DNA of 64,000 nucleotides from assembly GCA_045863295.1 (NCBI GenBank), contig BTWA01000034.1, positions 517 to 64,516 on the forward strand, read 5' to 3'. This document shows positions 38,667-49,600 of this stretch, piece after piece. The notes beneath the pieces are model-generated. The model was given only the letters and a program-made list of their open reading frames with translations. It searched no databases and was not told the DNA's origin. This DNA is from Candidatus Hydrogenedentota bacterium. Its GTDB lineage: Bacteria > Hydrogenedentota > Hydrogenedentia > Hydrogenedentales > SLHB01. Position 1 is the first letter of the stretch, and every line of letters starts with the position of its first letter. Both the position numbers and the translations under genes were made by a program.

Positions 38667-38906
38667 TTATTCGACGATCTTCAGGTCGGCCCGAATGTTG
38701 GCCTTCGCCGCTGCCGAACTCAACAGCGTGCGGATTGCCTTGGCTGTCCGGCCTTCCTTGCCGATCACTTTGCCCATGTCCTCGGGATGCACGCGCAACT
38801 CAAGCACACGCCCTTCGTCGCTGTCGATCTCCCGGACCTGAACGTCTTCGGGATGATCCACCAGCTTCTTGGCGATCAGCTCGATCATTTCCTTGCCCTC
38901 AGCCAT
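38667..38906 (-). CDS. khpA: KH-domain RNA-binding protein
   Basis: LVDHPEDV, DMGKVIGKEGRTAKAIRTLL. Confidence 0.95.
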   Translation of the reverse strand: MAEGKEMIELIAKKLVDHPEDVQVREIDSDEGRVLELRVHPEDMGKVIGKEGRTAKAIRTLLSSAAAKANIRADLKIVE

Positions 38907-38915
38907 GAAACGGCC

Positions 38916-39230
38916 TTACTCCGCCGCCGCGGCGGGCGCTTCCACCGGCGCGAATTCTTCCGGCTTCTTGCCTTCGGCGTACGCCGTTAACACACCCTGC
39001 TGCGAAAGCACCGTGCGCGCCGTGTCGCTTACTTGCGCGCCCTTGTACAACCACGCAAGAGCTTTTTGCTTGTCCACTTCGATTTGCGGCTGGGGCTTCG
39101 CGCACGGGTGGTACACACCCAATTCGTCGATTACCCGGCCGCGCGTGCGCTGACGCGAATCCATTACCACCATGCGGTAGTACGGGGTGTGCGTCCGGCC
39201 GCCACGCTTCATACGAATCACTGTTGCCAT
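38916..39230 (-). CDS. rpsP: 30S ribosomal protein S16
   Basis: IRMKRGG, PYYRMVVMDSR, GAQVSDTAR. Confidence 0.97.
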   Translation of the reverse strand: MATVIRMKRGGRTHTPYYRMVVMDSRQRTRGRVIDELGVYHPCAKPQPQIEVDKQKALAWLYKGAQVSDTARTVLSQQGVLTAYAEGKKPEEFAPVEAPAAAAE

Positions 39231-39278
39231 GGGTTCCTCTTTCGTTCCTTAACGCAAACGTTGCGATACCTGTGCGAA

Positions 39279-40622
39279 CTAAAAGCCGGGGAGCCGCATC
39301 GGCATGCGCCGTTTGCCGCCTTTGCCCCCGCCCTTCATCATCTGCTTCATCATTTTCTTCATCTTCTCAAATTCCTTGAGAAGCTGATTCACTTCCTGCA
39401 CGCTCGTCCCACTGCCGTCGGCAATCCGCAACCGGCGGCTGCCGTTGATGATCTGAGGGTTCCGGCGCTCCTTCGGCGTCATGGAATAGATGATCGCCTC
39501 CAAGTGCTTGAACTCATCCCCGCTCAACTGCAAATCCTGGCCGCCCATCATCTTGGACATGCCCGGAATCTTCTTCACCAAGTCGCCCAGGTTCCCGATC
39601 TTTTTAACCTGCTGCATCTGCTGCAGGAAATCCTCGAGATCCCAACTCGCCTTCTTCATCTTCTTTTGGAAGTCGATGGCCTTGTCACGGTCCACCACTT
39701 CCTGGGCCTTCTCTACCAGGGAGACAATGTCGCCCATGCCCAAAATCTGATCCGCCATACGGCCAGGGTGGAACGCCTCCAAGGCGTCCAGCTTCTCGCC
39801 CGTGCCCACAAATTTGATGGGCTTCCCGGTTACATTGATCAGACTGATCGCCGCGCCGCCCCGGGCGTCGCCATCCATCTGCGTAAGCACAACGCCCGTA
39901 AGGGGTAATGCGTCATTAAACTGCTTCGCGGAATTCACCGCGTCCTGGCCCGTCATGGCATTCGCCACAAACAGGATCTCGTGCGGCTTCATCTGGTTGT
40001 AGATGCGCCGCACTTCTTCCATCATCTGCTGATCCACGTGCAAGCGGCCCGCTGTGTCGAGAATGATGATGTCGCATCCCCGCATCTGGGCCTCGCCCCG
40101 CGCCATCAGGCAGATATCCACCGGGTCGGCCTTCTCGCCGAGGCTGAAAAACTCCGCGCCCGCCGTCTTGGCTACCACTTCCAGCTGCTTGATCGCCGCC
40201 GGACGGTACACGTCCGCACCCACCAAGAGCGGGTGCCGGCCCCGTTTCTTCAGCATCATCGCCAGCTTGCCGGCGCTCGTCGTCTTACCCTGGCCCTGCA
40301 AACCCACCATCATAATGATGGTAGGCGGCGTCTCCGCCAGCATGAGTGGCGCGTTTCCGCCGCCCATCAACTTCACCAGTTCGTCATGCACAATCTTGAC
40401 GACTTGCTGGCCCGGCTGAATGCTCTCCAGAACCTCCTGGCCCAGGGCGCGCTCTTGCACGTCCGCCACGAACTGCTTGACAACCTTGTAGTTAACGTCG
40501 GCTTCCAGCAGCGCCAGGCGGATTTCCTCGAGCGCCTCCTTCATGTTGCTTTCGGTCAGTTTTCCCTGGCCGCGAAGGTTCTTGAAGGCCCGATCGAGCT
40601 TCTTTGTCAGCGATTCAAACAT
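39279..40622 (-). CDS. ffh: Signal recognition particle protein
   Basis: LLEADV, GLQGQGKTT, DTAGR, DGDARGG, Met-rich M domain. Confidence 0.98.
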   Translation of the reverse strand: MFESLTKKLDRAFKNLRGQGKLTESNMKEALEEIRLALLEADVNYKVVKQFVADVQERALGQEVLESIQPGQQVVKIVHDELVKLMGGGNAPLMLAETPPTIIMMVGLQGQGKTTSAGKLAMMLKKRGRHPLLVGADVYRPAAIKQLEVVAKTAGAEFFSLGEKADPVDICLMARGEAQMRGCDIIILDTAGRLHVDQQMMEEVRRIYNQMKPHEILFVANAMTGQDAVNSAKQFNDALPLTGVVLTQMDGDARGGAAISLINVTGKPIKFVGTGEKLDALEAFHPGRMADQILGMGDIVSLVEKAQEVVDRDKAIDFQKKMKKASWDLEDFLQQMQQVKKIGNLGDLVKKIPGMSKMMGGQDLQLSGDEFKHLEAIIYSMTPKERRNPQIINGSRRLRIADGSGTSVQEVNQLLKEFEKMKKMMKQMMKGGGKGGKRRMPMRLPGF

Positions 40623-40671
40623 GATTCAACCCGTCGAATAGGCACAATTCGCCCGTTTGGACAGACGGGAG

Positions 40672-40700
40672 AATATAGCACACAAAGCCGCGTCGTTCAA
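40672..40700 (-). promoter_or_regulatory. sigma70 promoter of the ffh-rpsP operon
   Basis: Minus strand TTGAAC, 17 bp, extended TGcTATATT. Confidence 0.65.
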
Positions 40701-41001
40701 CCAATTCGACCGGATTGGCTTGACCACAAGGCGGCTAATTTGTACCCCACGAAACGGTTTCCTGAAAAGCCAGGCTTTATTCAATTTATTGTATTGAAAT
40801 AGCCCCGCTGCGGTATTGTGCTCCAAGTGGCTGTACCGGGTGGGTAGATGACTTTCTTGCCGTTTCGAATTCGTAGGAAATCACCCCGCAGTAGATTTGG
40901 GGGCGGCCCGGACACCAACTCACAGGGATGTGCCAGGCACCGGGGAGAATGCTCTCGCAAGGTGGCGTTGCAGCATTCTCGAAAACTGGGAGATTTCCTC
41001 C

Positions 41002-41802
41002 ATGATTGACACGCGATTGGCCAAGGTTGGTCTAGCCCTCGCAGCGCTTATGCCGGCATTCGGATGCATCCAGGGTCCCGTAACGTTGGAACCGGGCACA
41101 GATGCGTTCGTCACCCAATCCGCCGATGCCAAACTGATCTTCCTGGACTTTTCCTCCCTGGATTTTTCAGCCGATCCCATTCCCGCCGGGTTCTTCGGCA
41201 CCGGGTCGGACCCATTTTCCGGGGTCATCCCCCTGCAAAGTCTGCCAATAAACGATGCCAACGGTTGCGACGATGCAGACGGCATCGCAGACACGCTCAT
41301 TCGGCGAAATGAACCGGCCGACCTGCCCAATTTCGGCGCATCTTCCACGGTGGATATCGAGTTAGTGGGCCTGTCGCTGCAAAGCATTGCACCAATTGTC
41401 GTCAATTATAACGGCGGAACGGCCACTGAGATGTGGAATGTAGTACTGAATCCGATACCCAGCCAACCGTCCACCGGATCGATGGTCATTAACCGCGACC
41501 GGGGCAACGGCGGAACTTTCAGCGGCGAAATAGATGCCAATCTGGTCGTTACGTTCACGCGCACTACCGATCAAGCGCAGTGCGTCAAAGACATCTTTCC
41601 TAATCTGGTAATCCAGAGAGGCGAATGGACCTACGGTCCTATCATCAGCGGGAGCGAAAAGCCCACATCCTGCTCCGGTGACTTTGGAGCGGGATTGGTA
41701 CAATTGCCGTTCATCAGCACGTTGTTCAAACGGACCACGGTGATGAAAAGCGATGGATTAACCATTCTCATCAGCCCGCAGATTATCATCCAGGACAATT
41801 GA
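41002..41802 (+). CDS. Lipoprotein with beta-rich domain and secretin-like C-terminal tail
   Basis: Signal plus lipobox AFGC; beta-rich body (IPAGFFG..DTLIRR..IELVGLSLQS); tail LPFISTLFK...LTILISPQIIIQ. Confidence 0.75.
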   Translation: MIDTRLAKVGLALAALMPAFGCIQGPVTLEPGTDAFVTQSADAKLIFLDFSSLDFSADPIPAGFFGTGSDPFSGVIPLQSLPINDANGCDDADGIADTLIRRNEPADLPNFGASSTVDIELVGLSLQSIAPIVVNYNGGTATEMWNVVLNPIPSQPSTGSMVINRDRGNGGTFSGEIDANLVVTFTRTTDQAQCVKDIFPNLVIQRGEWTYGPIISGSEKPTSCSGDFGAGLVQLPFISTLFKRTTVMKSDGLTILISPQIIIQDN

Positions 41803-41848
41803 CGATTCCTGATGTTTGCGACGAGCATCCGGGCGATATAATGGCAGC

Positions 41849-43132
41849 ATGCAATTGCGTGCCGCCATTATTTGCTGCTTTCCCGCAACTCTACTCTTTG
41901 CAGCCTGCAATTCCGGCCCAATTGCCGTAGGACCCGTCGAACAAGCGGTCTACGTTTGGCAACGCGCGTGGACGCCGGAAGTGGTCAAAGGTATCCAGAA
42001 TGCAACGGAGTCTGCTGAGACGTTCATGGTGTTGGCGGCCGAAATCCAATTCGCCGGCGGCAAGCCTGAAGTGTTCTATCCGGCTGTTGAATGGAAGACC
42101 CTTGAATCCTCAGGGAAATCAATAGTACTGGTCATTCGCGCGCATGAGTTGCCCGGCATACTTTCTAATGAAGGCCGACGTGACCTGTGCGAAACGCTTA
42201 CGCCGGTTGCGAACCAACTGGCAGAATCCGCCCTGGACAATGGCACAGTTATTGGCGGAATACAGATCGACTATGACTGCGCCACGGCAAACCTCGCACA
42301 TTATCATTCTTTGATCAACAACCTGCGCAAGGACCTGCCCAATGTCCCGATGTCCATCACCGCGTTGCCCACCTGGCTTGGACAGCCTGGGTTTGAAGAT
42401 CTTGTCGACGGACTGGACGAATTCGTGCTGCAAGTGCACTCGCTCGAAACACCGAAAACGATCGACGACAAGGCAACGCTGTGCGATCCCGCCCGCGTTC
42501 CGGGCTGGGTGGACCGCGCGGCACAATACGGCAAGCCGTTCTACGTGGCACTACCCACCTACGGCCATGAACTCATCTACGACAGCGTAACCGGCCTATT
42601 CGCAGGACTCCGCGCGGAAGGCCGCGAAGATCGGCTTGCCAGCGCGACTGTGCGCGAACTCATGGCCGACCCCGCCGACATTGCGGCCATCGCAAGTTCC
42701 CTCAAATCGAATCCGCCGCCGCATATGCGCGGCATCGTCTGGTTTCGGCTCCCTGTCGAAGGCGACCGTCTCAACTGGACCTGGCCGTTGCTCGAACGCG
42801 TGATGAAAGGCGAAGTACCCGAACCCAACCTCGTCGCGGAAGCGCGTTCGCCCGAACCCGGACTATTCGAAATCTGGATTCGCAACGAAGGTGTGGTGCG
42901 CTCTATGGAACCTGTTTACGTTGCCGTGGATTGGATCCACAGTGGACCCATGGCCCACGACATCCTCGCGGGGTATTCAAGCGATGCCAGAACCGGATCT
43001 TCCAAGTGCACACTTTCCGGGCCGTGCCCACGGCCAGGCGAAGAAGTCATGGCGGCTTGGTTCAGGTTGGGCGGTTGGGAAGGGGACAACCGTTCCCGGT
43101 TCAACGTAGGAAAGGCAGTCATTCAGCCATGA
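41849..43132 (+). CDS. DUF3142-like lipoprotein (GH18-like TIM barrel)
   Basis: Lipobox FAAC; YVWQRAW, GIQIDYDC, SITALPTWL, VLQVH, VALPTYG, WFRLP. Confidence 0.8.
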   Translation: MQLRAAIICCFPATLLFAACNSGPIAVGPVEQAVYVWQRAWTPEVVKGIQNATESAETFMVLAAEIQFAGGKPEVFYPAVEWKTLESSGKSIVLVIRAHELPGILSNEGRRDLCETLTPVANQLAESALDNGTVIGGIQIDYDCATANLAHYHSLINNLRKDLPNVPMSITALPTWLGQPGFEDLVDGLDEFVLQVHSLETPKTIDDKATLCDPARVPGWVDRAAQYGKPFYVALPTYGHELIYDSVTGLFAGLRAEGREDRLASATVRELMADPADIAAIASSLKSNPPPHMRGIVWFRLPVEGDRLNWTWPLLERVMKGEVPEPNLVAEARSPEPGLFEIWIRNEGVVRSMEPVYVAVDWIHSGPMAHDILAGYSSDARTGSSKCTLSGPCPRPGEEVMAAWFRLGGWEGDNRSRFNVGKAVIQP

Positions 43133-45384
43133 AAACGGCACTTGCATTTCTCACCGCCTTGATCGTCGTGTCTGCGGCCGCGGTCGCATGTTCCCACAAC
43201 TACATCTCTTATCTTTTCACTGGCGGTGACTACTATGCAAAACTCATGCTGCCGACCCTTTTCTCCATCGAGTGCAACGTTATTCTGGGAAAACCACTTG
43301 TCGTCGACTCCAACAACGATTCCAATCGAGTCTGGACCGAGGCCGAGCTTCGCGCATTATACGAGCGGCCCTCGGATCCGTACGACATTACACTTCAGGC
43401 CGAAATCGCGGACTTGGCGGAACTGCTGAAAGATCAACCCAATGCCGAGGCCGTCCTTGCGGATCACAACCTCGTGCGCACCGCGATAACCGGACATTTC
43501 AAAGAGTGGAAGAGACTGTATGCCGACGTGCTCGATAACCCCTATCGATCGGTTAACGAACTTGCACCACCTGAACCCATGGATATCACGCCGTTCGAAG
43601 ATCGGCTCGCAACGCTGCCCCCGGAATTCGACCACTACTTGCGTGGCGCCGCCGCGTACCACGGCCAGCAATGGGATAAGGCCATTGAACAATTCAGCGC
43701 GATACTGGCGTTGCCGGAAGATCAACGCGTCTACCGCAGCACGTGGGCAGCGTTCATGTTGGGCAAAACGTGGACAAGGAAGGATGCCTCCAGGGCCGGA
43801 CCGTATTTTGAGCAAACACAATCGCTCGCGAAAGAGGGCTTCCGTGACTCACTTGGACTGGCCGAAGCCAGCCCAGGCTGGCACGCGCGCGCCGAAATGG
43901 AGGCGGGCAATTACGTGGAAGCCATTAAGCGATACGCCGCTCTGACTCAGAACCCCAGCGTAAACATCGGCCGTGTATGCGAACGAGCCCTCTCGCAGGA
44001 TGAGGTCGACCCAAGGTTGGTCGAGGATGCAACCACGCGAAAGCTGATCTCGGCATGGCTCACAGCTCATAAGGGAGCCAACGCCGACCGATGGCTTGCA
44101 GCCGTGGAAGCCGCTCTTCCGGATGGAACCGTCGAAGAAGCTGACTATTTGGCCATGATTAGCTACAACAAAGGCGATTTTGACGCCGCGCGGCGGTGGC
44201 TCAATCACTGCCCTCCTGATAAGCCTTATGCCAAATGGATACGCGCCAAGCTGCTCCTGCACGACGGCAAGTTTGACGAAGCCGCGCAATGGCTTGAGCA
44301 AACCGCCGCCCTCATGGAAGACGACAGCCGGTGGCAGTCGGACATCCCCAGCGACGGCGAACTCACGGTCTACGGTGCAACGCGAGCCAAGGATTTTGCA
44401 CGTGCCGATCTTGGCTATGTTTACACCCGAATGGGCAACTACGCCGGCGCCGCCAAAGCGTTCATCGAAGCGCATGACCATATCGATGCCGTCCGTGTGA
44501 CCGAATCCGTAATGACCACGGAAGAACTGCAAGAATTCGTGGATTCATATCAGGCTCCAAAAGTGAGTTCGCCTGACGATGAGGGCCGAGGATTTGCATT
44601 TGGTTCGTGGGGTTCATTTTCAGGCGTCGATCTCAAATCCATCCTTGCCCGGCGCTACGCCCGCGCGGGCGAATGGAACAAAGCCGCACAGCTGTATCCC
44701 GAAGAGATGAACTCCAATGCGGACGCCTATGGACAATGGAGTTTATCGCCGCACCATGTCTTATCGGAAATGCATACATGGGCGAATACGGGTATCGACC
44801 CATCCCAATCCGGCCGGGTTCGAGCGGAAGCCTGGTTCAATTTCGCAAAGACCATCCGCGAGAAGGGACCCGCCATTTTTTGTCCCAACTTGATCCCCGA
44901 GAATTGGGAATCCTCCAAAGACGTTGAAGGGTTTCAACCGGACTACGACGACCGCATCCGAAACCACATGGCCGAATATCCCCGAATGAATTATTTCGTC
45001 TGGTTCGCCGCGGACCACATGTGGAAATCGGCTGAACTGTGTCCAAACAACGACCTCCTGTGCGCGGAAGCCCTCTTCACAGGCGGAACCTACATCAAGT
45101 ACAAAGATCCGCAGGCCGCCGACAAGTTCTACAAGGCCCTCGTCAGACGCAACCCCAATCTCCGGATTGCCATCCAGGCCGATGGACTTCGTTGGTTTCC
45201 CGAGGAATTTACCGACGAAGTGGTCTATCAACCATTGCCGAGGCAATGGTATGGGAGAAGGCGGAACCTGGCGATTGGGGGAGGGCTCTTGTCCCTGCTG
45301 CTGGTTGTCATGGGCGCGGCACGGTGGTATGCCACGAAGAAGAGGATCACGGTGAATGGAAAACCGGGTGCCGGACCCGCTTAA
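43129..45384 (+). CDS. Large exported TPR/solenoid protein with C-terminal membrane anchor
   Basis: Signal ending AAAVAC; YLRGAAAY, RSTWAAFMLG; C-terminal hydrophobic helix with basic tail; ATGA-coupled to the DUF3142-like gene. Confidence 0.75.
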   Translation: MKTALAFLTALIVVSAAAVACSHNYISYLFTGGDYYAKLMLPTLFSIECNVILGKPLVVDSNNDSNRVWTEAELRALYERPSDPYDITLQAEIADLAELLKDQPNAEAVLADHNLVRTAITGHFKEWKRLYADVLDNPYRSVNELAPPEPMDITPFEDRLATLPPEFDHYLRGAAAYHGQQWDKAIEQFSAILALPEDQRVYRSTWAAFMLGKTWTRKDASRAGPYFEQTQSLAKEGFRDSLGLAEASPGWHARAEMEAGNYVEAIKRYAALTQNPSVNIGRVCERALSQDEVDPRLVEDATTRKLISAWLTAHKGANADRWLAAVEAALPDGTVEEADYLAMISYNKGDFDAARRWLNHCPPDKPYAKWIRAKLLLHDGKFDEAAQWLEQTAALMEDDSRWQSDIPSDGELTVYGATRAKDFARADLGYVYTRMGNYAGAAKAFIEAHDHIDAVRVTESVMTTEELQEFVDSYQAPKVSSPDDEGRGFAFGSWGSFSGVDLKSILARRYARAGEWNKAAQLYPEEMNSNADAYGQWSLSPHHVLSEMHTWANTGIDPSQSGRVRAEAWFNFAKTIREKGPAIFCPNLIPENWESSKDVEGFQPDYDDRIRNHMAEYPRMNYFVWFAADHMWKSAELCPNNDLLCAEALFTGGTYIKYKDPQAADKFYKALVRRNPNLRIAIQADGLRWFPEEFTDEVVYQPLPRQWYGRRRNLAIGGGLLSLLLVVMGAARWYATKKRITVNGKPGAGPA

Positions 45385-45538
45385 ACCGTTTCAACACAGC
45401 TAACTCCGCACACTCATCCCTTCATAGAAACCCCCGGCCAAAAAACGGTATTATGTCCCCTCGACTTACCTGCGGTGGGGATCGCGGGTAAACAGTCCTT
45501 TTCTGAACCGATACACAATGGAACCTGCATCCGAATCC

Positions 45539-46690
45539 ATGCGGATACTACATACAGCCGATATCCACCTCGATGCCTGCTTTGTCGCGCCTGCCATGCC
45601 CTCAGGCTATGGAAATAGGCGACGGCAAGCGCTACGCGACGTTTTTCAGGGCATGGTTCGCCGGGCGGCGTCATGGCCCGCCGACGTGCTGATCATTGCC
45701 GGCGATTTGTTCGAACACTCCCGCATAACCCGAGATACCATCGCCTTCCTGCAAGACCAATTCGCGGCCATCCCTCATGTGACGGTCTGCGTCGCGCCAG
45801 GAAACCACGATCCCTTCGTGCCCGGTTCCCCCTATATGACTGAGCGTTGGCCAAGCCACGTGCATATCTTCTCCCAAGCCCGATGGAGTGCGGTGGAACA
45901 CAATCGCGAACCATTGACCATTCACGGATTCGCCTTTGACGGGCCGGATATCTCTACTAATCCGTTCGGAAAGTTAGAGTTGCCGGCAGACGGGCGTATT
46001 CATGTCGCCATTGCGCACGGATCAGAAATCGGCAATCTGCCCAAAGGCAAGACCGCATACGCCCCATTCAAAGCGGCCGAGGCAGTCCCGCCCGGGCTGG
46101 CATACCTTGCTCTTGGCCACTATCATGGATTCAAGGAAATCACCGGGCCATTTGCCACGCGCGTGGCCTATTCCGGATCCCCGGAAGGCCACGGATTCGG
46201 CGAACCCGGCCTCCACTATCACTTGGAAGTGGAGATAGGCCCGGGTGGACAGGTCGACGTGAAACCGGTGCGATCCTGCAAAGCGGTATACGAATCGCGC
46301 GCGATCGACTGTTCCAACCACACCACTCTCCAACAGGTGGTGGATGCGATTCGGGCTCTATCCCACGAAGCCGGTGCGGATCGAATTGCGCGCATTGCGA
46401 TTACTGGATCCGTTGTGCCCGAGTTGCAGGCGGAACTGCACACACTGCGCGACATCCTGGAACCCGACTACGCCTTTCTGGAATTGACGGACCAATCGGA
46501 GTTGCAGGAAGACTACGATATCCTCGCCGAGGAACGCACCAGTTTCGGGGCCTTCATCGCGCGTACCAACGCCGAAATCCGCGACACCACCGACCCGGAC
46601 CGTTTGGCCATGCTAAAACGGGCGCGCGAGATCGGGTGTGCCGCTTACCGTAACACGCCCCTGCCCATCCAGGGCGGCGAGGGGGAGTGA
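45539..46690 (+). CDS. SbcD/Mre11-like metallophosphoesterase (YhaO-like)
   Basis: HTADIHLD, AGDLFE, PGNHD, ALGHYH, YSGSPEG. Confidence 0.92.
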   Translation: MRILHTADIHLDACFVAPAMPSGYGNRRRQALRDVFQGMVRRAASWPADVLIIAGDLFEHSRITRDTIAFLQDQFAAIPHVTVCVAPGNHDPFVPGSPYMTERWPSHVHIFSQARWSAVEHNREPLTIHGFAFDGPDISTNPFGKLELPADGRIHVAIAHGSEIGNLPKGKTAYAPFKAAEAVPPGLAYLALGHYHGFKEITGPFATRVAYSGSPEGHGFGEPGLHYHLEVEIGPGGQVDVKPVRSCKAVYESRAIDCSNHTTLQQVVDAIRALSHEAGADRIARIAITGSVVPELQAELHTLRDILEPDYAFLELTDQSELQEDYDILAEERTSFGAFIARTNAEIRDTTDPDRLAMLKRAREIGCAAYRNTPLPIQGGEGE

Positions 46691-46693
46691 CCG

Positions 46694-49600
46694 GTGCAAT
46701 TATCCAAACTATTCATCGACGGCTATGGCCGGTTCTGTGGGCGCGAAATTGAATTGCAGCCTGGACTTCAGGTCATCGTCGGACCGAATGAACAAGGCAA
46801 AACCACACTTCGCCATTTTATAACCGACATGCTCTACGGCCAGAAGCGTTCCGCCACGCAGCGCCTGTACGATGAGGCCAACGAACTGCGCCGTCCTTGG
46901 AACGATCCCGACACGTATGGCGGTCGCCTCACCTACCGCCTGGACGAAGGACGAGAAATCGAAGTACAACGCAACTTCGAGCGCAGAAACGAATCGGTCT
47001 ATATCTACGACCTGACTCACGCCCGCGATATCACCCGCGAATTCGAGGTGTTGCGTAATCGCGAACCGCTCTTTGCGGAAAAGCATCTCGGTATTTCCAA
47101 AGCCGTGTTCGTCAATACCGCAACCATCGGCCATGCCAGCCTCGATCAACTGGGCGACGACGAAGCCTTGGGTCAGATACGGGAAAAAATTCTGTCCCTC
47201 GCGGATTCGGGCGACGAAACCGGCTCGTCGGAATCGGCCATCCGCTATCTGGAGGCGCGCATCGGAGTAATTGGCAAGCCCGTGGCCAATTCCAGGCGGC
47301 CACTTCCCCTGTCCCGGGCACGCCTCGCGCAAGTCGAAGAAGAATACCGGCTGGCGCTGGCGATACAACGGGAAGTACAACAGGTGGAGAACCGGCGTCT
47401 CGCCGTAATCGCCGAACTGAATCAACTGCGGGAACGGCGTGATGCGCTCGACTTGGAGTTGCATTCCCTCGATCATGCGGAACGCGTGAAACGCCTGGAA
47501 GACGCCGAGGCGCTTTCCAAGCGTATTCACGACGCCACGCAAAAGTGCTTTTCACTGAGCCGGGTGCGAGAGTTCCCCGTGGACAATGGCCCCGAGGTGC
47601 AACGCACGGCGAATGTGGTGGCCACCGCCCGCGCCCAAGTTGAACGCACCCGGAATGAAATCGCGCAATTGGAACAGCGGTTTCACGAGGAAGAAGATCG
47701 CCTGGGGGCAAACGGTTCGCCTACCTTGGCGGAAATTCCCGAGGATTCCGAACAGCGCCTTGCGGAACTGGAAACAAGCATCGCGCGTATCAAGGAACGA
47801 TTGGAAACCCTGGAGCAGAGCCGGGCGGCCACCAGTGATCGTCTGGCCCAAGCCCAGGAAGAACTCGATAGCCTGCCCGACTTCAGCCAGATCGCGGCCG
47901 ATCCCGTGGAGTGGCTGCAACAAACGGCCAGCGGCTTTCACCTCGCGGTGCAACAGCGCGAAGCGGAAAAGCGCCGGCTCGCAGAAATGAAGCGGGAACT
48001 GGAAATGATTGAAGGCGACATCGCCCAGCCCACGATCATCTTTTCCGCATTCGAGGATTTCTCCGCGCAGGCCAGGGACTACGAAATCCAATCCCGTGTC
48101 TGGGAAGAGAAATCCAAGGAATACCGTAACCGGATCGAGGAATACCAGACCCATGCCGAGGAATTGAACGAGCATACGCCCGGGTACATGTGGGGCTCAA
48201 TCTTCATGTCCGTCCTCACCATCGGGTTGGTGCTCGGCGCCATCTTCCTCGAACTTCAACTCATGTTTATCTCTGCGTCCATATCGGCCGTAGCGGCTGC
48301 GGGCGCATTTCTGGCCTGGGTATACAGCCAGCGGCGCGTTCAAAAGGAAATGGCGCGCGCCGAATTCGCGCAAGACGAGTTGCACGAGATGGAAGAAGAG
48401 TTCTCCGAGCAGCGTGACAAGATGGACAGTGCCGTGCGCATGGCAGGCTACGAATCGGTCCGGGAACTCGAAGCGTTGTACGACCGGTATGTCAAACTCG
48501 CCGCGGACCGCGACGGCCTTTCCATGAAAGTCGAAGCGCAAGAAGCCCTGGTGCGCCGCGAAGATGACTTTACCGCACGGCAACTGGCCCGCATCCAGGA
48601 GCAATTCCAACAGGTGGGCGCCGAAGTGCACCACGAGCAGGACGTGCAGGCCGCAGCCACGCGGGCCATCGCGCGCTACCAGGAATACCGTGACGCTAAA
48701 CGGCGCGTGATGGAGAACCGCAGCCGGCCCACCCAGCTGGATCAGGAATTGGAGGCGCTGCGCGAGGAATTCGAAGCGCTCAGACAGGAAGATATCGACC
48801 TGTCCCTGGGGGTGCGCAAGCTAATGCGCGATTCCGGATTCCGCGACGAAAAAAACCATGCCAGTGCGCTCAGCGCTTTGCGTGCCTATCGCATCCGCAC
48901 GGCGAATGTGCGCGAAAAAGTGGGCCGCGTAAACGCCCTGAGCGAACAAATGGAATCCACCCGCGCGCGATTGCTCGCCGAAGAAGAAGATTTGTTGGCA
49001 CAGGAAAAGAAGTTGCAGGCCGTCCTCAAGGAGGCCGGCGCCACGTCGATTGACCACTACCACAAATTGGCGCAGGATGCCAAAGTCTATCGCGAAAGTT
49101 GGGACGAACGCGTCCGCAGCGAAGAAAAACTGGAAGCCTTGCTGCGAGGTGAGTCGCTGGAGGCTTTGCGCCTGTCGGTTGAAGAGGCGCCCCAGGCCGT
49201 AGTACCGTCCGGCCGAGCGTCAGCGGAGATCAAGAATGAGTGGGCCGAGATTTCCGATCGCATGGAGGCGCTGGCCAAGGAAGAACATGCACTCCACATC
49301 GAACTCGCCCAGCGCAACGCCGGCGCCCGCTCCCTGAACGAACTCGAGGAAGACCGCGCGAATCTGGCCGAACGGCTCGCCGCGTTGCAGCGCGAGTTTG
49401 ACGCCGCCGTCCATGCGGCAGCCCTTATTGAGGATATTGCCCGAAATAGACATGCACGCATTGCCCCCCGCTTGGCGAGTCTGGCAAGCGACTATCTGTC
49501 CGCCATCACGGGCGGCGCTTATGGCGAACTCCTGTTGAACAGGGACCTGGTCATTTCCGTACGCATTCCCCAAACCGAACGTCTGGCGGAAGATCCGGAG

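Noticed and set aside
40623-41001. SRP RNA (ffs) next to ffh
   Set aside because: I could not find the conserved SRP domain IV (CAGG..GGAA..AGCAG) hairpin
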